Notes under the pieces: model-generated | The model's database searches: none | What the model was told of the DNA's origin: nothing | The model's input: the letters and a program-made list of their open reading frames with translations, nothing else | Position numbers and translations under genes: made by a program | In this document: piece by piece, positions 55,332-64,000 of the stretch | Position numbering within the stretch: position 1 is the first letter of the stretch | Layout: each line of letters starts with the position of its first letter | NCBI GenBank assembly: GCA_963674865.2 | Contig: CAXXYE010000008.1 | Span: 416,001-480,000, forward strand | Length of the DNA: 64,000 nt | DNA from: Candidatus Hydrogenedentota bacterium | GTDB lineage: Bacteria > Hydrogenedentota > Hydrogenedentia > Hydrogenedentales > SLHB01 | Direction: 5' to 3'

Positions 55332-55399
55332 GGAGCGCCGGACGCCCACGGCTCGGCTCCCCGAGTCCGTACCGATATCTCTTGTGTCATCCGCGTGAC

Positions 55400-55428
55400 T
55401 TGACATCGGCGGGCCGTACTTCGAGAAT
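55400..55428 (+). promoter_or_regulatory. sigma70 promoter candidate
   Basis: TTGACA-17 nt-GAGAAT upstream of the 55496 gene, preceded by a GTCA-N6-TGAC dyad. Confidence 0.5.
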
Positions 55429-55495
55429 CCAGCCCGTCATGAGAGGATTGTCCTGAGGCCGGCGGACTATTGCTACGAACTAAGAGGAATGTGAC

Positions 55496-56686
55496 TTGAA
55501 GAACAGTGAATTGCGAATTGGCGTCATCGGCGCGGGCGGACGGGGCCACTTGGCCCGGCACGCTCACAATCCGGAGCAAGGCGTGTGTGTTGTTGCGGGC
55601 ATGGATGTGAGGGACCAGGCCCTTGACGAGTTCAAGGAACGCTTCGGCGAGGATGCGTTCGTCACCAAGGACTATCGCGAGCTTCTCGCACGGAAGGATA
55701 TCGACGCGGTCTTTGTAACCTCGCCGGACTTCCTCCACGAAGAGCAGGCTGTGGCCGCCCTTGAGGCGGGCAAGGCCGTCTACCTCGAAAAGCCCATGGC
55801 GATAACCATCGAGGGGTGCGACAGGATTCTCAAGGCCGCGTATAAGAATGAGGCCAAGCTCTACGTGGGCCATAACATGCGCCATATGGCCTTTGTCCTT
55901 AAGATGAAGGAGCTGATAGACGCCGGCGCCATCGGTGAGGTCAAGGCAGGGTGGTGCCGCCACTTTGTCGCCTACGGAGGCGACGCGTATTTCAAGGACT
56001 GGCACGCCGACCGCCGCTACTCGACCAGCCTGCTGCTGCAAAAAGGCGCGCATGATATCGACATTCTTCACTTCCTATGCGGCGGATACTCCAGCCAAGT
56101 CACGGCGATGGGCGGATTGACGCTCTACGATCAGATTACGGATCGGCATGATCCTTCGGAGCGCGGGGACGCCTCGTTCCGTCTGGAGAATTGGCCTCCC
56201 CTCTCACAGAAGCAGCTCAATCCCGTCATTGACGTGGAAGACTTGAGCATGATGCTCATGAAGCTCGACAACGGTGTCTTTTGCTCCTATCAGCAGTGTC
56301 ACTTCACACCGGACGGATGGCGTAACTACACCATTATCGGGACGGATGGCCGTATCGAGAATTTCAATGACTCGCCCGGCTCGTGCGTTGTTCGGCTCTA
56401 CGATCGACGCGCCGAGTACAATCCCTACGGGGACCAGCAGTTTTTCATCGCCAAACCGGACGCAGGCCGCAGCGGCGGACACGGCGGCGCCGACACCCTT
56501 ATTGTCGCCGAATTTGTTCGATTCGTTCGAGAGGGAGGCCGCATCCAGACCTCGCCCATCGCCGCGCGCAACAGCGTGGCCGCGGGTTTCCTGGCTGCCC
56601 ATAGCTTGCGCAACGGCGCCGTGCCGGTTGACATTCCGCCGGTGCCCGACGCCATCCGCGCCTATTTCGACGCGAACAATTTGTAG
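55496..56686 (+). CDS. Gfo/Idh/MocA family oxidoreductase
   Basis: IGVIGAGGRG, SPDFLH, YLEKPMA, VGHNMR, LLQKGAHDID, GGHGGAD; TTG start after AGAGGA. Confidence 0.9.
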   Translation: MKNSELRIGVIGAGGRGHLARHAHNPEQGVCVVAGMDVRDQALDEFKERFGEDAFVTKDYRELLARKDIDAVFVTSPDFLHEEQAVAALEAGKAVYLEKPMAITIEGCDRILKAAYKNEAKLYVGHNMRHMAFVLKMKELIDAGAIGEVKAGWCRHFVAYGGDAYFKDWHADRRYSTSLLLQKGAHDIDILHFLCGGYSSQVTAMGGLTLYDQITDRHDPSERGDASFRLENWPPLSQKQLNPVIDVEDLSMMLMKLDNGVFCSYQQCHFTPDGWRNYTIIGTDGRIENFNDSPGSCVVRLYDRRAEYNPYGDQQFFIAKPDAGRSGGHGGADTLIVAEFVRFVREGGRIQTSPIAARNSVAAGFLAAHSLRNGAVPVDIPPVPDAIRAYFDANNL

Positions 56687-56746
56687 CCGGCGATCTCCGG
56701 CAGTGCCGTCGGCTTCGTAGCTTTCTGAGAACAGGAGGATCAGAGG

Positions 56747-59700
56747 ATGTCCTTGGCGAAGTCCAACTTCTATAGCGTAATGGCCTTGGTTCTCCTGTGC
56801 GCGGCGGCCTTCGGCAGCCCGGCGCACGGCGCCATCGAGTGCCTCTGGACATGCCCGCCTCCTGAAGAGCCGGTAGATGCCAGCATCGATGCAAGTCCCG
56901 CAATTGCCGACGCCGACGGGGATGGGCGGCAAGAGATCTTCATCGCTACCACCTACGGGCATGTGATGGCCCTGGATAGCACGGGCAAGGAGAAATGGAA
57001 GACCTATGTCGGGGACGTGCTCTTCCTCGCGCCCAGTGTAGCGGACATCACGGGCGATGGGAAACTCGAGGTCATTGTCGGCGGCCGACGCGAGAGATTC
57101 GTCTGTCTCGACGCGGCGACGGGCGCGGAGCTCTGGGGATGGCAGCACTCAGGCTCTGTCGAATGGGGCACCACCGCCGCCGTCGTGGCCGACATGGACG
57201 GCGATGGAGTGGGCGAGGTGGTCGCCGGCGACGCCAACGGCCTGGTTGTTTGTCTTGAGGGTGACGGCTCTGAACGCTGGCGCTATGAGGGAACGCATGG
57301 CTGGACACTGTGTCCCGCCGTGGGCGACCTCGATAACGACGGCGCGCTGGAAGTCCTCTTGGGCGGCACAGAGATTCCCCTGGTATGCCTCGATAATTCC
57401 GGGGCGGAGAAGTGGCGGTTTGGGGAATCCGGGCGGGGCGCGAGTCCCGTGTTGGCCGACCTGGACGGTGACGCCGACCTGGAAATCATCACCGGCATTG
57501 GCCGCGCTCTTTGCGTCATCGATCATTCCGGCAATGTGGTGTGGAAGTGCCCGATGTCGGGAAGGCTCGACGCCGCCATCTCGGTGGGCGACGCGGATCA
57601 GGACGGCGCGCCGGAGATTTACGCGGCAGACCTCTCAGGTGAGTTGGCCAAGCTAACCGCCGAAGGAAAGACACTCTGGGAGCGGAATGTCGGCGGCCGT
57701 GTCCGGCGCTCCCCCTCCATCGGAGATATCGACGGGGATGGCATCATCGAGATCCTGGTGGCGGGATACAGCAACGCCATTCACGTGTTTCGGCCGGACG
57801 GCACCCTCAAGACGGTGGTGCCTTTGGGAGAAGCGGCCAACGGAACCGCCACACTCGCAGACCTCGAAGGTGAAGGCAGTCTTAGTATCATCTGCCCGGC
57901 CGCTTGGCAAGGCATGAAAGCCTTCCGGTGGGAAGGCGCCCCCAAGGCAGGTGCGGTGTTGTGGCCGGAGTATCGCTTCAACACGGCTCGCACGGCGGCG
58001 TACGCCCCCCCCGCCGCTGCCGGCCGCGGCGTCCGCATCAGCGCTATCGACTATGGCCCGTGCCACGTCGGCGTGAACACATTCTCGGTTCGGGTGGAGA
58101 ATCCCGACAAACGCCGCCTCGCCGTTCGGCTCTCGGTGGCTTTCGGAGCGGACGAGCCTTGTGTCAGTCTGCTGCAATCGGATGCTGAGGCGATCACGCG
58201 CGAACTCCCCTATACTGTCAGCGGAACGCGGGCGCTCGATATCCATTTCGCCTGCCGGGTCGACACGGATGAAGGCGAACCGGTGCTTCTGGCGCGCGCG
58301 GAGCATTCCGAGTACGTCGCTCCCTTCCAGCGGGAACTGATGGACATTCTCCGTTCCTTGGACAGACTGGACGCCGCCACGGCGGCGCTGCCTGATCCCG
58401 GATTTATACGTGAGCGCCTCGATGCCTTCCGCTTCCGCCTTCCCGGCTGCCGCGAACGCACGAACCTCGCCGGAAGCATGAATGCGGAAGAACTGGGCAC
58501 GTTACAGCGGGATGTCGCCGCTCTTTGGGAGGAATCGACCCAGCTTGCGCAATTGATTGAGGGCCTTCAGGCCGCTTCCGACGGCAGCATACCGCCCGTG
58601 CTCATGAGTGGGGCCAATCCCTGGGCGCCTTTCGGCGGCATGAGGGAGATCACGGAGCAACGTCTCTCCCCCGCGGCCATCGACGTGGAGGCCTTCGCCG
58701 GGGAGTATGAAAACGGCGCGTTGAATGTTTACAACCTAACTCATGCGCCCCTCTCTTTCCGCGTAGCTTTGAGCAGCTTCAGTCGCGTGGGTGTCGAGGA
58801 TGAGACCGAGGTGGCGGCTTCCGAAGTGGCCACCTTGCGGGAGGTCTTGGACATACCCACCCAGGATGACGACCTTTCCGCCGATGCGATTCCCCTTCTC
58901 AATCAGGGCGATGTCCTAACCGTGTCAGGTTGGAATGGGCGGCAACTCTGGCTCGAAGTCAACACCAAGGCCCTTGTCGCGGGAGAATGGCGCGCGTCGC
59001 TGTCGCTGCGAAGCCTGGAGCCGAAACCTCGGGAACTGATCATTCCTGTGAACGTGACGGTTTGGGAAGATGCCGTGCCTGAAGAGCAGCCGGTAACGCT
59101 GTGTCATTGGGGCTATGTGCATCGCTCCGTCTTGAGCAATCAGCCGGAAGCCGCGCTGAAGGATCAAGTCGAGCACGGGACAAACGTGTTCGTCGGCACG
59201 TTTGCCCCGGAAGCCTCCTTCGATGAGGCGGGGGAGATCGTCGACGAGATCGATTTCACGGCGCACGATGCGTATGTGCAGGCGTATGTCCCGCACGGGA
59301 CGATCCTTTTCTGTGGCTATCAGAGCGCTTTGAAAGGCCCCGGCGGCCACATGGGCGATGCGTACAAGAAGGCGTATGTGGCTTGGTTGAGAGCGTGGGT
59401 AGAACACCTGAAGGAAATAGGCGTCGGCTACGAGGACTACGCGCTCTATCCGATCGACGAGCCGGGATTGAAAGACGGGCTCGTGGAGATGTTTCTGCAC
59501 TACGCAACACTGGCCAGGGAAGCGGATCCAAATGTGCGGATCTACACCGATCCCGTCAAGCGCATCACCATGGACGAACTGAAGGCCATGGCGCCTTATG
59601 TTGACATTTGGTGTCCTAACGCCGGGAGCTTCCTCAAGTTCGACTGCGCGGACAAGCTGGCTTTCATAAAGGCGCAGCAGAAGCCGGTATGGACTTATGA

Positions 59701-60190
59701 ATGCTCCGGAAATGCGAAGCACCAATCGCCTCTTGGCTATTATCGTGCTCTGGCCTGGCTGGCGTGGCATCGCGGCCTAAGCGGCATCGGTTACTGGACC
59801 TACTGCACTTCGTCGGACGATCCCTGGTTCCGCCCGAAGGGCAAGGCCGAGTACCTGCTGATCTACCAGGGGCGCGGCGTAGTGCCAAGCAAGCGCTGGA
59901 AGGCTATTCGCGATGGCCTGGAAGACTACAGCATCCTGCATGCGTTGAGGGAGGCCGCTGATGCCGCGGCGCAATCGGGGGCCTGTCCGGAATCGGTGGC
60001 CGCCGCCAAGGCTCTCCTGCAGGAAGACGCTTGGGCCGTCGCGCAATTCTGTGGCATCGATGATGACGATACTCTCCCCGGCCCCGGTGGCCTGGCCGAA
60101 GTTCGTCAGGTAGCCGACAGGCGCTGGGAAAAGATCCAGTCAACCCGGAGACAAATCGCGGAGCTGCTCGGCGAACTCAGGACGCCGTAG
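56747..60190 (+). CDS. secreted FG-GAP/PQQ-like propeller protein with C-terminal DUF4091/GH123-like glycoside hydrolase domain
   Basis: Signal peptide; about 8 repeats such as ADADGDGRQEIF, GDLDNDGALEVL, GDIDGDGIIEIL; C-terminal YPIDEP, VDIWCP, WTYEC, GIGYW, PSKRWKAIRDGLEDY. Confidence 0.78.
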   Translation: MSLAKSNFYSVMALVLLCAAAFGSPAHGAIECLWTCPPPEEPVDASIDASPAIADADGDGRQEIFIATTYGHVMALDSTGKEKWKTYVGDVLFLAPSVADITGDGKLEVIVGGRRERFVCLDAATGAELWGWQHSGSVEWGTTAAVVADMDGDGVGEVVAGDANGLVVCLEGDGSERWRYEGTHGWTLCPAVGDLDNDGALEVLLGGTEIPLVCLDNSGAEKWRFGESGRGASPVLADLDGDADLEIITGIGRALCVIDHSGNVVWKCPMSGRLDAAISVGDADQDGAPEIYAADLSGELAKLTAEGKTLWERNVGGRVRRSPSIGDIDGDGIIEILVAGYSNAIHVFRPDGTLKTVVPLGEAANGTATLADLEGEGSLSIICPAAWQGMKAFRWEGAPKAGAVLWPEYRFNTARTAAYAPPAAAGRGVRISAIDYGPCHVGVNTFSVRVENPDKRRLAVRLSVAFGADEPCVSLLQSDAEAITRELPYTVSGTRALDIHFACRVDTDEGEPVLLARAEHSEYVAPFQRELMDILRSLDRLDAATAALPDPGFIRERLDAFRFRLPGCRERTNLAGSMNAEELGTLQRDVAALWEESTQLAQLIEGLQAASDGSIPPVLMSGANPWAPFGGMREITEQRLSPAAIDVEAFAGEYENGALNVYNLTHAPLSFRVALSSFSRVGVEDETEVAASEVATLREVLDIPTQDDDLSADAIPLLNQGDVLTVSGWNGRQLWLEVNTKALVAGEWRASLSLRSLEPKPRELIIPVNVTVWEDAVPEEQPVTLCHWGYVHRSVLSNQPEAALKDQVEHGTNVFVGTFAPEASFDEAGEIVDEIDFTAHDAYVQAYVPHGTILFCGYQSALKGPGGHMGDAYKKAYVAWLRAWVEHLKEIGVGYEDYALYPIDEPGLKDGLVEMFLHYATLAREADPNVRIYTDPVKRITMDELKAMAPYVDIWCPNAGSFLKFDCADKLAFIKAQQKPVWTYECSGNAKHQSPLGYYRALAWLAWHRGLSGIGYWTYCTSSDDPWFRPKGKAEYLLIYQGRGVVPSKRWKAIRDGLEDYSILHALREAADAAAQSGACPESVAAAKALLQEDAWAVAQFCGIDDDDTLPGPGGLAEVRQVADRRWEKIQSTRRQIAELLGELRTP

Positions 60191-60206
60191 CCGAGCGAGG
60201 CGATCC

Positions 60207-61316
60207 TCAGGGCGCCTGCCAGATGCTGGCGGCGATGTAGCGCTCACCGTTCGGCGTGTCGTGGTAGTAGTAGATCGTGACGATCTTGCCGTCGGTGCGC
60301 TGGACGGTGCGCGTGTAACCCATATCCCAGCCGCCGCCGTTGGGCCGTACAATATGCTCCGGGCTCCACGTGGCGCCATCATCCTTGCTGAAGACGGCAC
60401 GCACCGTATGGGGGGCATCGCGGTTGGCGTACGTGATAACCAGGCGCTTGTCCTTTAGGCGGCTCATGGACGGCGGGTTGCCGCTGCGGCCGCCGTTTTC
60501 CGTGACAGGTACAGCGAGCAACTCCCAGCTCATTCCGCCATCTTGCGAGCGAAACAGTTCGATGGAGTTGTGGTTCTCCCGAACCGAGTCATCGCGTCGG
60601 CGAGTAGCTACAACGAAGTCGCCGTTGGGGAGGCGCACGGATGACGGCATGATGGAGAACCTGGAGGCCGGTTCCGGGCCGATCCAGGCGAATTGGTTCC
60701 AGTGTTCACCGCCGGTGCGTGTGCGTGCGCAGAAGGGGCGCCCCTCGTTCCCGTCGGTCTTCTGGGCGGTGAGAAATAGCATCAGATCCTGTTCGCCAAG
60801 CACTTGGTAGTCCGTGCGGGCGCGTAGTTCAAGGCTTTCTGAGAACGGCAGATTCCATGGTCCGTCCCACGTGTGGCCTTTGTCCAGGGACGTGTAGCAT
60901 CGCGAGCCGTGGGCCGCCAGCGCGAATCCCGGTGTCGTGAACACGATGTCCGCCGGAAACCGGCGCGGTTCGCCCTCCGGGAACGGCGCCTTGGCCCACG
61001 TCCACGTCTCGCCGCCATCCAGGCTGCGTGCCAGCATATTGTCGGTTGGCCGCGTCCGGTCAATGAGGTGGCTCGTCTCTCCTTCGGGATTACCGAGCCA
61101 TCCACGCGAGAAGCCTACGAGGATCTCATCATCCCACTGCCAAACGCCGCCGTTGGCGGGCCACCCGGCGAATCGCTCCGCCTCGAAATACACTGTCACA
61201 TGGCGTACATCCGTCACGGTCACCTCTCCTTCTTCCGCTGCACCAGCCGCGGTAGTAATCGCCGTCAAGGCGGCCAGAGCCAGATAGCTTGATGTATGCA
61301 CGAGGAATCCTTTCAT
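60207..61316 (-). CDS. secreted BNR/sialidase-like beta-propeller protein
   Basis: Signal peptide, FAGWPANGG, Asp-boxes SLDGGETW, SLDKGHTW, SQDGGMSW, SKDDGATW, DMGY. Confidence 0.82.
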   Translation of the reverse strand: MKGFLVHTSSYLALAALTAITTAAGAAEEGEVTVTDVRHVTVYFEAERFAGWPANGGVWQWDDEILVGFSRGWLGNPEGETSHLIDRTRPTDNMLARSLDGGETWTWAKAPFPEGEPRRFPADIVFTTPGFALAAHGSRCYTSLDKGHTWDGPWNLPFSESLELRARTDYQVLGEQDLMLFLTAQKTDGNEGRPFCARTRTGGEHWNQFAWIGPEPASRFSIMPSSVRLPNGDFVVATRRRDDSVRENHNSIELFRSQDGGMSWELLAVPVTENGGRSGNPPSMSRLKDKRLVITYANRDAPHTVRAVFSKDDGATWSPEHIVRPNGGGWDMGYTRTVQRTDGKIVTIYYYHDTPNGERYIAASIWQAP

Positions 61317-61434
61317 GCCGTCTGTCAGAGCCCGCAGCTTCTTTCGCGCCTCAACCGACCCGTGGCGACCACGGGCACGCTGTCCATTACTCTAGCGTGA
61401 CATACCAGCGCCTTCAAGGCGTGTGGCGTCCGCC

Positions 61435-63474
61435 CTACTCAATGCGCAACTTCTCACCGAAGGTTATGCCGGGCCACTCATCCGTCCGGAAGGGGGAGGC
61501 GGGCAATCCCGCCGCGTTGTGCAGGTTGCAGTCCGGGTTATCGGCCCACGCATAGCGCACGGCCACTGGGCGGGCAATGTCGTTGCGCCACACGACGACG
61601 CTGTCGCCGTCAATCTCAGCCTGCGCCCAGCGGAATTCACGATCCTTCCCGGCGATGGCGAATCCGCGCAACGGTTCCCCGCCTTTCGCTACCAAACCGC
61701 GCCCGACGTGGTCGAATTGGATGCGGATACGTTCCCCTTCGATCGCAGCACCCCGAAAGAGCGGGCCGGAATAGGCCAGGTCTTCGTCGTAGGCAACATG
61801 CCGTGCCACGAGGGCCAAGCGCGCGCCCACATCCTGTTTGTTCGCCGGATGGATGTTGTCCGCCTCACCGAGGTCAACGGTGATGGCCATGCCGGTGTTC
61901 GGGAGGGCCAGTGCCATGGCTTGGGCCTCGCGCATTTCGGCCCAGTTGGCTTCACCCGGCTCCTGCCGGCGGGCACGGTAGTTCGGCAACTGCACAAACA
62001 GAAACGGGAAATCGCCCCGGCCCCAGTGCGCGCGCCAGTCCCGAATCAAGGTCGGGAACAGGCCGCGGTAGGCATAGGCCCGGCGCTCGTTGGATTCGCC
62101 CTGATACCAGATGGCGCCGCGTATTGGGACGCGCGTCAGCGGCGCAATCATGGCGTTGAAGAGCCGTGAAGGCGCGTTGGGATTATCCGGGTGCATGAGG
62201 GGCGGCCTCGGTATTTCCGGGAACTTCTGCCCGTGGGTGCCCGGCCGGCATTGCCATGGCCCCGCCAAAGAAATACTCTCGCCGTCGGCTCGGATCCAGA
62301 AGTTGTCCGGATCGCCATAGAGCCCGCCCTTGTTGCCCATGTCATAGACGCGGGCCGCTATCGTGGCCGGGCCCGCCTGGACGAGGCCGGCGGGAATGGG
62401 GAATCCCGTCTCACATTGAGCGTTGGCGGCCCACTTGACGATCTCCTCGCCGTTGAGCCACATCCGCAAGCGATCGTTAACCGACCCCACCCGGATACGG
62501 AGCTCCTTTCCGGCCCACGACTCGGGAATCGTCACCGTGCGCCGGTGCCACATCAGGCCGTCAAGTTCGGGATAGCCGGCATCTTCCCAATAGGTGGGAA
62601 GTGTTATGGCTGCCCAGTCTGAATCGTCGAACTCGGGCCGCGCCCAGCGGGCCTTTCCGTCGACGTATCCGGCATCCGCATCGTCCACGGCCTGTTTCCA
62701 GGCCGCCATCTCTTCGTCGAACCGCTCGGCGATGGCCTGAATTCGTGTGGGATCGCGGTCGATCTCGTCCAAGAGCGTACCGAATTCAGGCAGCGTTTGC
62801 AGGCCTTCCTTGCTCGTCCAAGCCTCGGCCATTGTGCCGCCTACCGAACTGTTGAGCATACCAATGGGCACGCGTGTGTGCTGGTGGATGGCTCTCGCAA
62901 AGAAGTAGCCCGTCGCCGAGAACGCCCCCACCGTGTCCGGCGAACACACTTGCCACCCTTCCGTCGCGATGTCTTCCCGGACGATGGGGCTGCCCTCGCG
63001 CCGCACCGTCAGCATGCGGATTCCCGGCCAAGTTGCCGCCGCCACTTCCTGCTCTGCGTTTTTCACCTGCAAGGCGCCTGATTTCACCGGCCACGCCATA
63101 TTGGACTGTCCTGAACATAGCCAGACGTCGCCAATCATGATATCGCTCAGGACGCGCCGTTCCGTTCCCATAATCACGAGTTCGTAGGGGCCGCCAGCGG
63201 GCATGGGTGGGAGGTCCGCCGACCATGCGCCGGCGGCGTCGGCCGTCGTGGAGACAGTCTGGCCGGCCAGCGACACCTGAAGGCCCGAATTCGGCGCCGC
63301 CGTTCCCCAAACGGGAATGGGCATCTCCCGTTGCAACACCATGTGGTCGCCGAAAAGAGCCGGCAAGTCGATCTGCGCGCGCGCAGGGAAGCACAACAGG
63401 CCACCTGCCAGGCAGAGGAGGGCGGACGCGACAAGGTCGCAGCGCAACAACAACCGCTTCACTGAATGAGACAA
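61435..63474 (-). CDS. sialate O-acetylesterase (SASA family)
   Basis: FGDHMVLQR, GDVWLCSGQSNM, FSATGYFF, GGTMAEAW, IWYQGESN, FVQLPN, DNIHPANKQDVG, PASPFRTD. Start uncertain; TTG 63474 has a GGAG SD. Confidence 0.9.
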   Translation of the reverse strand: MSHSVKRLLLRCDLVASALLCLAGGLLCFPARAQIDLPALFGDHMVLQREMPIPVWGTAAPNSGLQVSLAGQTVSTTADAAGAWSADLPPMPAGGPYELVIMGTERRVLSDIMIGDVWLCSGQSNMAWPVKSGALQVKNAEQEVAAATWPGIRMLTVRREGSPIVREDIATEGWQVCSPDTVGAFSATGYFFARAIHQHTRVPIGMLNSSVGGTMAEAWTSKEGLQTLPEFGTLLDEIDRDPTRIQAIAERFDEEMAAWKQAVDDADAGYVDGKARWARPEFDDSDWAAITLPTYWEDAGYPELDGLMWHRRTVTIPESWAGKELRIRVGSVNDRLRMWLNGEEIVKWAANAQCETGFPIPAGLVQAGPATIAARVYDMGNKGGLYGDPDNFWIRADGESISLAGPWQCRPGTHGQKFPEIPRPPLMHPDNPNAPSRLFNAMIAPLTRVPIRGAIWYQGESNERRAYAYRGLFPTLIRDWRAHWGRGDFPFLFVQLPNYRARRQEPGEANWAEMREAQAMALALPNTGMAITVDLGEADNIHPANKQDVGARLALVARHVAYDEDLAYSGPLFRGAAIEGERIRIQFDHVGRGLVAKGGEPLRGFAIAGKDREFRWAQAEIDGDSVVVWRNDIARPVAVRYAWADNPDCNLHNAAGLPASPFRTDEWPGITFGEKLRIE

Positions 63475-63599
63475 GATGTTTTCTCCCGCGTTATGGTTTG
63501 CCCTCATTGGCCGCCGGGCCGGATATCCATGCGTTTCCGCACGTGAGCGCCGACCTCTGGGCGAATGACGACATGAACTTATCGATGACATCAGGAACA

Positions 63600-63999
63600 T
63601 TATTGTTGCGCAAAGGGCCTATCCGGTGGAATCCGTATCTCTTTGGGGGGTGTTACGGACACTTCTTGCGGCCTGCCAAGCGCCGCCGTCTGCGGGCAGA
63701 AGTCATAGGGATATCGATACGCGCGGGGCGACCCCTCGACGTATTCCCAAACAGTCTCCCCATCGACGGTGACCTCAAATGCGCGCTTGCCGGACGACTC
63801 ACAGATGAGCGTGTTTCCATTCGCCAGGCGTTGCGCGCTGGAAGTGTAAGAGGAGTGGAACTCAAGCCACCTGTCATATATCCAAACAAGCTCCTTGTTG
63901 GTAGGGTCGATTTCCAGAACATACGAGGCCCCCGCATGGCCCAAGTCGTTCCACGGCGAAGCTCCATTGTCGAAGATCAGGATGTTCCCTTCGCCGGGT
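63600..63999 (-). CDS. arylsulfotransferase (ASST)-like protein, C-terminal part only
   Basis: Frame open to the window edge: PGEGNILIFDNG..SYVLEIDP..VW.Y..FHSSYTSSAQRLANGNTLICES..FEVT.DGE.VWEY. Confidence 0.8.
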   Translation of the reverse strand, partial: PGEGNILIFDNGASPWNDLGHAGASYVLEIDPTNKELVWIYDRWLEFHSSYTSSAQRLANGNTLICESSGKRAFEVTVDGETVWEYVEGSPRAYRYPYDFCPQTAALGRPQEVSVTPPKEIRIPPDRPFAQQ

Positions 64000-64000
64000 A

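Overview
GC-rich bacterial chromosomal window with mostly housekeeping genes interspersed with large secreted or carbohydrate-active proteins. The repertoire resembles Ca. Hydrogenedentota or other PVC-like lineages (inference only). Housekeeping blocks: a B12-binding radical SAM gene coupled to mnmG, divergent from ftsH-folP-glmM-pdxJ; M23 peptidase-bactofilin-mnmA; cysK-metY and metB-metX::metW around a sigma54-type amtB-glnK pair; an rlmI-like methyltransferase; dnaG-rpoD; and four tRNAs (Ala-GGC, Phe-GAA, Thr-CGT, Ile2-CAT). Accessory genes include a 12-NHL-repeat protein with a catalytically dead caspase/legumain-fold domain and a Gly-Cys C-terminal sorting tail, an FGE-like/BNR fusion, two glycoside hydrolase + FG-GAP propeller fusions, a GH106-like enzyme, a methyltransferase-fold + PQQ-propeller giant, a PilZ/pseudo-receiver protein and a glycan de-decoration cluster. 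Three long genes are broken by four single-base indels in short homopolymers, probably sequencing or assembly errors. No integrase, transposase, prophage, CRISPR array or rRNA was seen. All calls come from manual motif reading, without database searches.
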